The notes below the pieces were generated by a model, which was given only the letters and a program-made list of their open reading frames with translations, was not told the DNA's origin and did not search any database. 10,966 nt of DNA from an uncultured Gammaproteobacteria bacterium (GTDB taxonomy: Bacteria > Patescibacteriota > Patescibacteriia > 2-01-FULL-39-33), in assembly GCA_964650755.1 (NCBI GenBank), contig CAZYUN010000019.1:677-11642 (forward strand), written 5' to 3'. The position numbers and the translations under genes were made by a program. Positions 1 to 8,641 of this stretch are shown in pieces; within the stretch, counting starts at the first letter, position 1, and every line of letters starts with the position of its first letter.

Positions 1-681
1 TAATAATAATTTAACAGAATCATCATCAATCAAAGATAGTGCTCTTATAACATCATCAAATCCTTTTCGCTTAATCAAGCGACCAACACCCAAAACAACA
101 AAATCATTTTTTTTAATACCATAAATATCCCTAATATTAATATCGTGATTGAAATCCCTTTCAATAAAAGAAACTCCCGGATACAACACAATAAAATGAT
201 CTTTAGGCAAATTATATTTCTCAGCAATAATATCAGCTACTTGTCGACTAACGGCAATCACGCCATCGGCTTTAGATAGCGTCCAATATTTAAGCTTATG
301 AGTCAAAAAAAATCCACCGGTCTTTAAAGCATCAGCACCATAAGCACTGACAAAAACTTTTTTCTTCGCAAATATTTTGTTAAACAATACTATTAAAAAA
401 CCAATCGGAAAAAGATCAGTGGCATGAAAAACATCATAATGGCGTAATCGCCAAAAAGCAAAAAATAACCGGCAAATAGTTAGTGGCAAAAAATTACGAC
501 CATAAGCCCGAATAAACAACCTAACATCAATCATTTGCCGTGGTTGGGGATTATTTAAAGCAATAACCGACACCGCCTCCACATCAGGCAATTTAGACAC
601 ATTTAAAGCCAAATTACCGGCAAACTCAGCGCCACCCCCGATTGTTGGGGGAAAATCAATATTAAAATAAGCTATTTTCAT
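1..681 (-). CDS. Glycosyltransferase, GT4/GT1 family. Partial: N-terminal 227 codons are present and the C-terminus runs past the window start.
   Basis: Manual minus-strand translation from the ATG at 679-681 reads MKIAYFNIDFPPTIGGGAEFAGNLA ... VLGVGRLIKRKGFDDVIRAL with no stop before the window edge. The N-terminal GT4 Gly-rich motif and the later 'GRL.KRKG' donor-binding region are typical of family-1/4 glycosyltransferases. It is absent from the ORF track because it has no in-window stop. Confidence 0.7.
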   Translation of the reverse strand, partial: MKIAYFNIDFPPTIGGGAEFAGNLALNVSKLPDVEAVSVIALNNPQPRQMIDVRLFIRAYGRNFLPLTICRLFFAFWRLRHYDVFHATDLFPIGFLIVLFNKIFAKKKVFVSAYGADALKTGGFFLTHKLKYWTLSKADGVIAVSRQVADIIAEKYNLPKDHFIVLYPGVSFIERDFNHDINIRDIYGIKKNDFVVLGVGRLIKRKGFDDVIRALSLIDDDSVKLLL

Positions 682-742
682 TATTAAATTTTAATTTTAA
701 GTTGATTTAATCACGCTTTTATTGTATAAATAAATAAAGAAA

Positions 743-1027
743 ATGGCAAATAATTATGATCGCCACAATCAAGCCACAAACCAATTTTCAAAACTCTTTT
801 TTTTCTTTATATTACCAAAACTAATACTTGGCGGTGGTCTATTTTATTCGTTATCAATCTTATTATTACTGCCTCAAATAAAAACCATTTGGCATCTAAT
901 CATCATTGGCCCGACCAGTATTTTAATTTATCTGATCATTTTTGCGGTACTTGGTTTTTTTGAAAAAGAAGATAAAAATCATCTAACAAAAATCCGCCAA
1001 CTTTGGGGTGGCGGAAATCTGGATTAA
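743..1027 (+). CDS. Small hydrophobic protein (94 aa, about 2 predicted transmembrane segments), function unknown.
   Basis: A 94-codon ORF in about 30% GC DNA, where random ORFs are short. Two long hydrophobic stretches (ILPKLILGGGLFYSLSILLLL and IIIGPTSILIYLIIFAVLGFF). It fills the 342-bp gap between two minus-strand glycosyltransferase genes. No SD, but native genes here generally lack one. Confidence 0.4.
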   Translation: MANNYDRHNQATNQFSKLFFFFILPKLILGGGLFYSLSILLLLPQIKTIWHLIIIGPTSILIYLIIFAVLGFFEKEDKNHLTKIRQLWGGGNLD

Positions 1028-2244
1028 TTAAGTTGATTATATATTTTATCTAGTAATTTAATAATAATCGGCCAATCATATTTTTCTAATACCCTTAAAC
1101 GACCATTAGTCCCAAACTCCCCTCTTAATTTATTATCATTTAAAAGTTTTTTAAGTTTTTCTTTTAAATCATTCTCGTCGCTCGGTTTCACTAAATAGCC
1201 GGTTTTGTTATTTTCTAAAGTTAAACGCACGCCCGGCCAATCACTTACAATCACTGGGATGCCACAACTTTGGGCTTCAGCAACTACAATACCAAAACTT
1301 TCAATACCAACGGTTGACGGCAAAACCAAGACATCAGCCAAACGATAATAATCAGGCAATTGATCATTATCAACCCAACCCACAAAAAACACGCGATCAG
1401 CAACACCCAATTCTTCAGCTAATTTTTGATAATCCCGACGAAAAATTCCATCACCAATAATTACTAATTTGGCTTCACCCCTAAATTCATTTAAAACCCC
1501 CTTAACACTTCCCTCTTCAATAATATCCGGAAAAAAATTAATATCAATCATTTTAAAAGCTCGCAACAATTCAGGAACACCTTTAAAATAATGCTGTTTT
1601 CCCAAACCACCAACAAATAAAATTAATTTATCATAAGGATTAAGAGAATATTGAGATATTAATGCTTGCTTTTTTTCTCCCGGAAAAAACAAATTCGTAT
1701 CTACCCCATTGGGTAATTCAAAAAATTTTTCAGGATGTTTTTTGATTATTTTTTTAAGATAAGAATTCTCAGCATGATCATAAGACAAAACCCCAATCAA
1801 ATCGGCAGTATTGAAAATAATCGGCCAAAATAATTTAACATAAAGCCAAAAAACAAAACCCTTCAAACCGGATTCCAGAGGGTCCATTTGATAATGAATT
1901 ACCAATTTAACCTGAGGATGAAATAGTTTAAATAAAACAACCGACAAATCCGAACCAAAAAATGGCGAATATAAATGTATAATTTGATAATTAGACAAAT
2001 AACGCCACAAACCCCAAAGCCAACCAGCTTTACCAATTTTAAAAATTCCCTTAAGTGGCTTTAAGATAAAACCGGTTTGACTTTTATCAATACCTGAAAA
2101 ATCCAAAGTAAAAACACCGACAGAATAACCGGCTTGAGATAGTTTAATGGCTTGATAATAAGCATTATTACCTATTCCCCCACCATTAGGTGGCCAAGCA
2201 CAAACAACGATGGCAATTTTTTTCTTATCTTGCAATATTTCCAT
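1024..2244 (-). CDS. Glycosyltransferase, GT4/GT1 family (about 407 aa).
   Basis: The ORF runs 1024..2376 in the track. The biologically sensible start is the ATG at 2242-2244 (MEILQDKKKIAIVVCAWPPNGGGIGNNAYY), because the KIAIV...PP.GGG motif marks the extreme N-terminus of GT4 enzymes. The C-terminal half carries 'GGLGKQHYFKGVPELLRAF' and an 'E..G.PVIVSD' donor-binding signature. A strong terminator from the upstream gene lies at 2310-2351, so starts at 2307 or 2376 would overlap it. Confidence 0.8.
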   Translation of the reverse strand: MEILQDKKKIAIVVCAWPPNGGGIGNNAYYQAIKLSQAGYSVGVFTLDFSGIDKSQTGFILKPLKGIFKIGKAGWLWGLWRYLSNYQIIHLYSPFFGSDLSVVLFKLFHPQVKLVIHYQMDPLESGLKGFVFWLYVKLFWPIIFNTADLIGVLSYDHAENSYLKKIIKKHPEKFFELPNGVDTNLFFPGEKKQALISQYSLNPYDKLILFVGGLGKQHYFKGVPELLRAFKMIDINFFPDIIEEGSVKGVLNEFRGEAKLVIIGDGIFRRDYQKLAEELGVADRVFFVGWVDNDQLPDYYRLADVLVLPSTVGIESFGIVVAEAQSCGIPVIVSDWPGVRLTLENNKTGYLVKPSDENDLKEKLKKLLNDNKLRGEFGTNGRLRVLEKYDWPIIIKLLDKIYNQLN

Positions 2245-2309
2245 AAAAACAATAATATTAATTATAATACATTTTTTCAAAATTTTAGTCAAAATAATAT
2301 TTTGCATTC

Positions 2310-2351
2310 CTAATAAAAAAATAAAAAAAGTCCGCTCACGAAGAGCGGACA
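2310..2351 (-). terminator. Rho-independent terminator for the 149-aa gene.
   Basis: An 8-bp GC-rich stem gtccgctc/gagcggac (2330-2337 / 2343-2350) with loop acgaa. On the minus strand it is followed by TTTTTTTATTTTTTTATTAG (complement of 2310-2329). It lies 25 nt downstream of the stop at 2376. Confidence 0.7.
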
Positions 2352-2375
2352 AGAAGGTTCTATTTAAGTCAAGCA

Positions 2376-2825
2376 CTATGGCCTGGAATTTTCAGTCAAA
2401 AATTTGTGACGATGGCGCGCCGATGCCCAATGCTGATAGTATTCTGACAAGTCGGGACGATGCGCCAAATCCAATATTCGCCTGACCATATGCAAAATCT
2501 CCAATTGATCCACATTACCAGTTAAAACAACCGGTCTAAATTCTTTTGCGATATTGATATCATTATAAAAAATGTCAATATTAACATTTGATTGATGCGC
2601 TCTGAAAATCTTAAACACTAAGCCATCATTAGATGACTCCAACAATCTGAATTCTATCTCAAACAGATCTTCCAACTGAAACGTCTCTACTCGCATGAAT
2701 TGCGCGGATTTCAAGCTTTGACGAACTTTCGTAGCGAATTCTTCAGACATTAACATTCTTTCGAATAACCAATCAATCAAACGTTTTGTGCCTTCTTTCG
2801 GCAATTCCAGTTTGTCTTGTGTCAT
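2376..2825 (-). CDS. Hypothetical protein (149 aa), no recognisable family. GC is modestly elevated at about 39%.
   Basis: Complete ORF. Canonical SD AAGGAG sits 7 nt upstream of the ATG (complement of 2826-2845 reads tggctaaaaAGGAGtatttccATG). It has its own strong terminator. The C-terminal region 'RRILDLAHRPD' loosely matches a HEPN-like Rx4-6H motif, but that is not diagnostic. Confidence 0.6.
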   Translation of the reverse strand: MTQDKLELPKEGTKRLIDWLFERMLMSEEFATKVRQSLKSAQFMRVETFQLEDLFEIEFRLLESSNDGLVFKIFRAHQSNVNIDIFYNDINIAKEFRPVVLTGNVDQLEILHMVRRILDLAHRPDLSEYYQHWASARHRHKFLTENSRP

Positions 2826-2979
2826 GGAAATACTCCTTTTTAGCCAATTTTGGCGATTTTGACCGCGGTTTAAAGAACTATTGAGACAATAATTATATCA
2901 CTCCTAACAAAAAAAGTCAAGTTATTTGAAATCATAAACAAAAAAATAAAATAAAAATTATCTAATTTTAAACAAAAAT

Positions 2980-3690
2980 ATGATAGCCACACTAAAAAAC
3001 AAGCGAGAAATAGCCATCAATACAACATTATTTGAATTAACTTTGGAGCAAGAAATTAACTTTAAAGCCGGTCAATTCTTTTTTAGCAAATTAATCGATT
3101 CAGAAACAACCGTGGCCTCTGATTTAACAAGGCATTTTTCCTTTGTTAATCCCCCCGAGGATAACAAAATCATAGAATTCGCAACTAGAATTTCTGACTC
3201 CGATTTTAAGCAAAAATTAAACAATCTAAAAATCGGATCACCAATAGAAATTACCGGGCCAGCCGGAAAATTTATATTACCGACTAACGCATCAGAATTA
3301 ATCATGATCGCTGGCGGTATCGGCATTACCCCGTTTATCAGTCAATTGCGTCACATACAAAATCAACAATTAGATTATAAAATAAAATTATTACATTTTA
3401 ATACCAATCAAACTACTGCTCCTTTTTATGACACATTACAAAAATTCAATCAAATATTAAAAAATTTTTCCTTTGTGCCAATTATGAGTGAAAACAAAAA
3501 TTGGTCGGGCGAAACCGGTTATATCAACCAAGATATAATACAAAAACACTCTCAACACTTTTCAGAACCGTTTTTCTTGGTTGTTGGGCCACCACCAATG
3601 ATAAAAAATACGCTACTCTCTCTAAAAGAATTAGCTATATCGGAGTCCCGTATTTTAACTGAGGAGTTCACTGGCTATACTAATTATTAA
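2980..3690 (+). CDS. FAD/NAD(P)-binding oxidoreductase of the ferredoxin-NADP+ reductase (FNR-like) family (236 aa).
   Basis: 'RHFS' (the RxYS FAD-binding motif), 'GPAGKF' and 'IAGGIGITP' (GGxGxxP NAD(P)-binding loop) lie in the FNR-family order. The C-terminal 'VVGPPPM' matches the conserved C-terminal Gly-Pro motif of FNR-type reductase modules. Confidence 0.75.
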   Translation: MIATLKNKREIAINTTLFELTLEQEINFKAGQFFFSKLIDSETTVASDLTRHFSFVNPPEDNKIIEFATRISDSDFKQKLNNLKIGSPIEITGPAGKFILPTNASELIMIAGGIGITPFISQLRHIQNQQLDYKIKLLHFNTNQTTAPFYDTLQKFNQILKNFSFVPIMSENKNWSGETGYINQDIIQKHSQHFSEPFFLVVGPPPMIKNTLLSLKELAISESRILTEEFTGYTNY

Positions 3691-3699
3691 ATTCAAAAA

Positions 3700-3730
3700 A
3701 ACCGACTCTCGCTAAGTCGGTTTTAAAATT
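3700..3730. terminator. Bidirectional rho-independent terminator between convergent genes.
   Basis: An 8-bp stem aaccgact/agtcggtt (3700-3707 / 3715-3722) with a 7-nt loop. It is flanked by an A-run on the left and ttaaaattatttt on the right, giving a U-tract on either strand. It sits exactly between the FNR-like stop (3690) and the PHP stop (3729). Confidence 0.6.
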
Positions 3731-4430
3731 ATTTTAATTGAAAATGATATTTGAAAAATTTCCAAAGTTGCAATAAATGATAATAAAATAATTCCGTAAT
3801 CTTTTTGGGGTGGGTAATATTTGTAAAATTACCATTACGCAAAGCAACAAAAAAAGAATTAACATCCAAATGATTAACGTCAACCTCAATATAGTCAGTA
3901 TTTAAATAATTTAAATCATGAAGATCAGAAGTTGCGATAAATGGTAGCGACAACTCGTCAGCTAGTTTTTTTGTTTTTAAATTAGGATTAAAAAACTTCG
4001 TATAATGCCAACTATGCTCTATGCCATCAAACAAGTGACTTATTTTTTTTAAACTTTTTAAGCCCAAAGAAACAAAAAAACCATGATTGGGGTGCGGAGC
4101 AATCACAAAAATCTCAGGATGTTGTTTTTTATATTTTTCTAAATCCTCAAAACTTTTAAAATTATCATCATTAATACACTCACAATTCAATAATAAAATA
4201 TGCTTGCCCTTAATGTTTGCCTCCAAACCCGGAATCAAAATAACCCCCTGACGAAAAGCGTAATCCCTTAAATTATCATTAAAAATGCTTTTTTCGTGTC
4301 CAGTTAAAGCTAAAAAAGAAAAACCAAAATTAACCGCCTGATCAATTAATTGACGAGCCGAATAATCAATAATACTGTGATCTCGAAAATCTTCAGTGCT
4401 ATGTAGATGTAGTGATGCTTTTGTTTTCAT
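3729..4430 (-). CDS. PHP-domain (polymerase/histidinol-phosphatase-like) metal-dependent phosphoesterase (233 aa).
   Basis: The N-terminal 'ASLHLHSTEDFRDHS' matches the PHP 'H.H' metal-binding motif, which always lies near the N-terminus. Later His/Asp residues ('IAPHPNHG', 'ATSDLHD') fit PHP motifs III and IV. It overlaps the upstream AlkD ORF by 32 nt. Confidence 0.65.
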   Translation of the reverse strand: MKTKASLHLHSTEDFRDHSIIDYSARQLIDQAVNFGFSFLALTGHEKSIFNDNLRDYAFRQGVILIPGLEANIKGKHILLLNCECINDDNFKSFEDLEKYKKQHPEIFVIAPHPNHGFFVSLGLKSLKKISHLFDGIEHSWHYTKFFNPNLKTKKLADELSLPFIATSDLHDLNYLNTDYIEVDVNHLDVNSFFVALRNGNFTNITHPKKITELFYYHLLQLWKFFKYHFQLK

Positions 4431-5148
4431 TTTTATTAATTTTATAATTTAAAAATTTTTTTCGTTGATTTTCAGAAAAACGCTCTATGGCATATCTTAA
4501 GGTTGTTCTGGGCATTATTTCAATATGTTTCCATAAAAAATCTTCTAAATCCAAAACGCTAACTCTTTTGCCACTCTCCCGCAACATCCAGCCAATCGCT
4601 TTATGTATTAAATCATGTTTATCTTTTAATAATTTCTCAGCTATTTCAAAAGTTAAAGAATTAACCCCTTGACGCAAATGATAAAAAGTTGAAACTATCG
4701 CGATTCTTTTTAGCCACAAAGATTTTTTATTAGCTAATAATTTTAAATCCGGTTGCTTAAAATGAAAACTGCAATAACCAACAATATCATAAGCGGTCAA
4801 ATCAACCAAATCCCAATTATTAATAAATTGATAGTGTTTTAAATAAAAACGACATAATTTCTTCTTGTTAATATTATCAGCTTTTTTAAACTGATCCTTA
4901 ATTATTAATAAAGCGACTAATCTCTCTTCGTGATATTTGCTATTTAATAATTTAGAACAATCACTTAATTTTAAATTAAAAAATTTTTTAGCAACCCTTC
5001 TTTGTTGAGGTACTGTAATGCCCAAAAAAACATCACCCTCAGCATATTCTCCCTTGCCTGTTTTAAAAAACTTTTGAAGAATCTTTGCTTTTTGGGGATT
5101 AGCTAAAGATATTAATTCTGATTTTAATAATTGTAAATCGGAACTCAT
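4399..5148 (-). CDS. DNA alkylation repair enzyme, AlkD/AlkC-like HEAT-repeat DNA glycosylase family (249 aa).
   Basis: The N-terminal 'NPQKAKILQKFFKTGKGEYAEGDVFLGITVPQQRRVAKKF' closely matches the conserved opening of the DNA_alkylation (PF08713) family. Length and helical-repeat character also fit. No SD. Confidence 0.7.
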   Translation of the reverse strand: MSSDLQLLKSELISLANPQKAKILQKFFKTGKGEYAEGDVFLGITVPQQRRVAKKFFNLKLSDCSKLLNSKYHEERLVALLIIKDQFKKADNINKKKLCRFYLKHYQFINNWDLVDLTAYDIVGYCSFHFKQPDLKLLANKKSLWLKRIAIVSTFYHLRQGVNSLTFEIAEKLLKDKHDLIHKAIGWMLRESGKRVSVLDLEDFLWKHIEIMPRTTLRYAIERFSENQRKKFLNYKINKNENKSITTST

Positions 5149-5190
5149 AATAATTTATAACTATTTAATAAAAAACAAAAGTTTGTTTTA

Positions 5191-7743
5191 TCAAAGTCCA
5201 TATTTATTATAAAATTTATTTTTACCCCATTCAACAATCACAAAATAAATAAGACTAATACCGATAATAGAAGATAAAATCCAAACTGGTATAGGCTCAA
5301 AACCTAAAAATCGACCAATAGGAGCATAAATAAATAAAAAAATAATCAATAGAGTTATAAATGACGATAATAACAAAATATTAGCAGGACGACTCTTAAA
5401 AAATATTCTTTTTGTTCTAATAACAAAAATTAACAAAACCTCAGTTAAAAAAGATTGCCAAAACCAGCCGGTTTGAAAAAGTGGCATTGTAGCTTTAGCA
5501 ATTAAAATTAAAAAAATAAAGGTAATAAAATCAAAAAAAGAAGAAACTAAACCAAAATAATTCATAAATTTCTTTATATGATTAATGTCCCACTTCTTGG
5601 GATTATTAATTGATTCTTCATCGACATTATCATAAGCAATAGACAACATTGGCAAATCACTTAAAAAATTAAGCAATAAAACTTGAATTGGCAACATTGG
5701 AATAAATGGCAAAAATATTGAGGCCCCAACTACAGAAAACATGTTGCCATAATTAGAAGCAATGGTGCAAATTATATATTTCATTGTATTATTAAAGTTT
5801 CTACGCCCCCCACGAATTCCCTCAATTAAAATTGGCAAACTTTTTCTAAGTAAAACAACATCAGCAGCTTCTCTGGCTATATCTGTAGCTGAATTAACAG
5901 AAATACCCACATCAGCCATCTTAAGTGCGGGCGCATCATTAATACCATCACCCAAAAAAGCAACGCTATGACCAGTATCTTTTAATGCTTTGACGATTTT
6001 TAATTTATGTTCAGGAGTAACTTTAGCAAAAACATCAAAATCACTAACTACTTTTTGCAATTCTAAATCAGATAAGCCACTTAATTTATTACCAATAATT
6101 GCCTTAGGATTTAAAAAGCCGGTCTGCTTGGCTAAAAATAAAGCCGAGCCCAAAGAATCACCCGTTAATAATTTAATAGATACCCCCAAATCTCTAAAAG
6201 CATCTAATGATTTTTTAGAGCCTCTTTTTGGTGGATCATTAAAAACCAAAAAACCACTAAAAATTAAATTTTTTTGATTATTTTTTTTACTCTCCGATTC
6301 TAAATAATCATAAGCAACCAATAAAACTTTAAAACCTGCAGATTCAAGATTTTTTATTTTTTGTTTAATATTATTTAAAAAATAACTTATTTTTCTTTTT
6401 TTTCCATGGTATAAAATATAAGTACAAGCATCCAAAATTTCTTCAACCGCACCCTTAACAATTATCTGTGGTAATTCGTTATTAGACTTCACCACAACAC
6501 TCATTATCCTCTTATTAAAATCAAAGGGGGTGATGTTAATAAAACTATAATCTTTAATTTTCTTTGTTAATTTATGTTTTTTTGCATAATCAATAATAGC
6601 TTCATCTAATGGATTAGAAAAAGATTCGCCATTTTTTAAACTTAAAGAATTACATAATTGCGATAAAGTTATTAAATAATCATCTTGCACATCATCTAAA
6701 TCAAAATAATTATATAATTCTATTTTCCCCTCGGTTAATGTTCCCGTTTTGTCAGTACATAAAACATCAGCATTGCCTAAATTTTCAACTGCCATTAACT
6801 GTTTAACAATAACTGATTTTTTAGCCAAATTTCTAGCGGTCTGAGATAAATTTATAGTAATAATCATTGGTAATAATTCGGGCGATATACCAACAGCGAT
6901 AGCTAAAGAAAACATTAATGCTTCCAACCAATTACCCTTTAAAAAAGCAAGAAATAAAAAAATTAATAATGTAAATAAAATAATTATTTTAAATAAGAAA
7001 AAACCAAAACTATTAATGCTTTTTTGAAATTCCGATTCATTTTTTGAATTCAACAATAATTGTGAGTTTTTGCCAAATTCAGTATTTAAGCCAGTAGCAA
7101 CAACAACACCCAATCCTGAACCCTGAATAATATAAGTTCCCATAAAAACCAAATTTTTCATTATTTGTGGTAAATAATCACGAACAATTTGTGGATTAGA
7201 ATTTTTTTCAACCGGAAATGATTCACCGGTCAATGAAGATTCATCAACTAATAAACAATTTGATTTAACCAATCTAATATCTGCTGGCACAACACCACCA
7301 GCACTTAAAAAAACCATATCTCCAACAACTACATCAGTTACATGGATATTTATTTTTCTACCATCCCTAAAAACCCAAACATCCGAAGAAACTCTTTTTT
7401 TTAATAAAGAAATTGTTTTTTCGCTTTTATATTCTTGATAAAAAGAAAGACAGGAAGATAAAAATATAATAATAAAAATAATAAAAGTAGAAAGAAATTC
7501 TCCCAAAAAAAACGAAACTACTAATGCTAACAACAAAATTAAAATTAATGGATTTTTAAATTGTTTAAAAAAAATTTGAAAAATCATGGGCTCACCATTA
7601 TTACCAATGATGTTAAATCCATACTTGTTTAATCTGGATTTTGCTTCACCCTGAGAAATACCAGCAAATGAAGTATTAAAAACAGACAAAATATCATCAA
7701 CCCCTAACTCCCAAAAGGGTTTTATTGTTTTAATTTTAGACAT
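5191..7743 (-). CDS. Cation-transporting P-type ATPase (850 aa), MgtA/Ca2+-ATPase-like (P2/P3 type).
   Basis: Phosphorylation-site motif 'CTDKTGTLT' and actuator 'TGES' within 'VDESSLTGESFPVEK'. Also 'TGD' and hinge 'GDGINDAPALKMADVGISV'. About 10 transmembrane segments. The N-terminal 'ILSVFNTSFAGISQGEAKSRLNKYGFN' is a typical cation-ATPase N-domain. Size and the 'ES.PVEK' motif resemble Mg2+-importing MgtA. Confidence 0.85.
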   Translation of the reverse strand: MSKIKTIKPFWELGVDDILSVFNTSFAGISQGEAKSRLNKYGFNIIGNNGEPMIFQIFFKQFKNPLILILLLALVVSFFLGEFLSTFIIFIIIFLSSCLSFYQEYKSEKTISLLKKRVSSDVWVFRDGRKINIHVTDVVVGDMVFLSAGGVVPADIRLVKSNCLLVDESSLTGESFPVEKNSNPQIVRDYLPQIMKNLVFMGTYIIQGSGLGVVVATGLNTEFGKNSQLLLNSKNESEFQKSINSFGFFLFKIIILFTLLIFLFLAFLKGNWLEALMFSLAIAVGISPELLPMIITINLSQTARNLAKKSVIVKQLMAVENLGNADVLCTDKTGTLTEGKIELYNYFDLDDVQDDYLITLSQLCNSLSLKNGESFSNPLDEAIIDYAKKHKLTKKIKDYSFINITPFDFNKRIMSVVVKSNNELPQIIVKGAVEEILDACTYILYHGKKRKISYFLNNIKQKIKNLESAGFKVLLVAYDYLESESKKNNQKNLIFSGFLVFNDPPKRGSKKSLDAFRDLGVSIKLLTGDSLGSALFLAKQTGFLNPKAIIGNKLSGLSDLELQKVVSDFDVFAKVTPEHKLKIVKALKDTGHSVAFLGDGINDAPALKMADVGISVNSATDIAREAADVVLLRKSLPILIEGIRGGRRNFNNTMKYIICTIASNYGNMFSVVGASIFLPFIPMLPIQVLLLNFLSDLPMLSIAYDNVDEESINNPKKWDINHIKKFMNYFGLVSSFFDFITFIFLILIAKATMPLFQTGWFWQSFLTEVLLIFVIRTKRIFFKSRPANILLLSSFITLLIIFLFIYAPIGRFLGFEPIPVWILSSIIGISLIYFVIVEWGKNKFYNKYGL

Positions 7744-7748
7744 AAATA

Positions 7749-8561
7749 TTAATCATTCCTTAATAATGATAAAATATCTTTTATTTTTTTATTGGTCTCA
7801 TGCCAGCCCGCTTCAACTATTTGATTTTCACTTTTTTTCAAAAAATAATCACTCCATTTAGAATATTGTGATAAATTAGGTTCAATAATAATATCACTGT
7901 ATTGCATTGATAATTTAGATAGATTTTGTCGTAATAAATCCATAGTCCTAATACTAATATCAATTAATTTTGGTTTTTGAATATTAAGATTTAATTCTCC
8001 ACGATGATCTAAATTAACTGAAATAATAATATCGGCCCCCATTTGTTTCAATAAATCATCCGGCACCGGATCAGAAATACCACCGTCAGCCAAAAGTTTA
8101 CCTTCAAACACAACCGGCCGAAAAACACCCGGTACCGCCATACTGGCACGACACGCAAAAGCCAAATTACCGGTTTTAAATATATATTGTTCGCCACTAA
8201 TCAAATCGGTTGTGGTAATAGCCATGGGAATTTTTAAATCAGTAAAATTAGCATGATTTAACCAAACATCCAGCATTGACTCTAATTTATTTCCACCAAC
8301 TAAACCGCCACGTAATTTTAACTCTAAAAAACTAAGTAGTTTTTCTTTTTTCTTGCCAACCGTAAAATCTCTTAATAATTCCACATCTTGAAACAAAGCA
8401 TAATGAGCGCCAACCCAAGAACCAATACTGGAACCGGCTATTAAATCAATGGGGATATTATTTTCTACCAAAGCTTTAATCACTCCAACATGTGCCAAAC
8501 CTCGAACCCCACCACTACCTAAAGCCAAGCCAACCTTCTTGTTATACTTATTATTTAACAT
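7749..8561 (-). CDS. Patatin-like phospholipase (RssA/YjjU-like, 270 aa).
   Basis: Oxyanion-hole 'GSGGVRG', nucleophile elbow 'GSSIG' (GxSxG) and catalytic 'ADGGIS' (DGG/DGA Asp) lie in canonical order and spacing. It ends 5 nt before the ATPase start codon, which implies co-transcription. Confidence 0.85.
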   Translation of the reverse strand: MLNNKYNKKVGLALGSGGVRGLAHVGVIKALVENNIPIDLIAGSSIGSWVGAHYALFQDVELLRDFTVGKKKEKLLSFLELKLRGGLVGGNKLESMLDVWLNHANFTDLKIPMAITTTDLISGEQYIFKTGNLAFACRASMAVPGVFRPVVFEGKLLADGGISDPVPDDLLKQMGADIIISVNLDHRGELNLNIQKPKLIDISIRTMDLLRQNLSKLSMQYSDIIIEPNLSQYSKWSDYFLKKSENQIVEAGWHETNKKIKDILSLLRND

Positions 8562-8605
8562 AATTTTATTATAATTTACTAATTTATTTTATCATAAATA
8601 CCAGT

Positions 8606-8636
8606 TTTAAAAAACAGGGCGTAAACCCTGTTAAAA
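8606..8636 (-). terminator. Probable rho-independent terminator for the lipoprotein gene.
   Basis: A 7-bp stem aacaggg/ccctgtt (8616-8622 / 8629-8635) with loop cgtaaa. On the minus strand it is followed by UUUUAAAACU. It lies just downstream of the lipoprotein stop (8642). The stem is short and moderate in GC. Confidence 0.4.
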
Positions 8637-8641
8637 GAACT

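Noticed and set aside
2210-2485. Plus-strand ORF 2210..2485 (91 aa), plus the small antisense ORFs 3072..3326-, 4487..4672+, 5762..5971+ and 5990..6277+.
   Set aside because: All lie antisense within well-supported genes or across a terminator. They have no SD or motifs, and most are low-complexity.
5149-5190. A possible terminator between the ATPase and AlkD (aaaacaaaagtttgtttt).
   Set aside because: The stem is A/T-only with a 2-nt loop, which is too weak to call. The genes are more likely co-transcribed.
7749-8561. Patatin-like phospholipase as a possible CBASS/anti-phage effector (CapV-like).
   Set aside because: No cyclic-oligonucleotide synthase (CD-NTase), SAVED/STING sensor or other defence partner is adjacent. 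The gene is translationally coupled to a housekeeping-type cation ATPase. Its size of 270 aa and its motifs fit the ordinary RssA/YjjU class.
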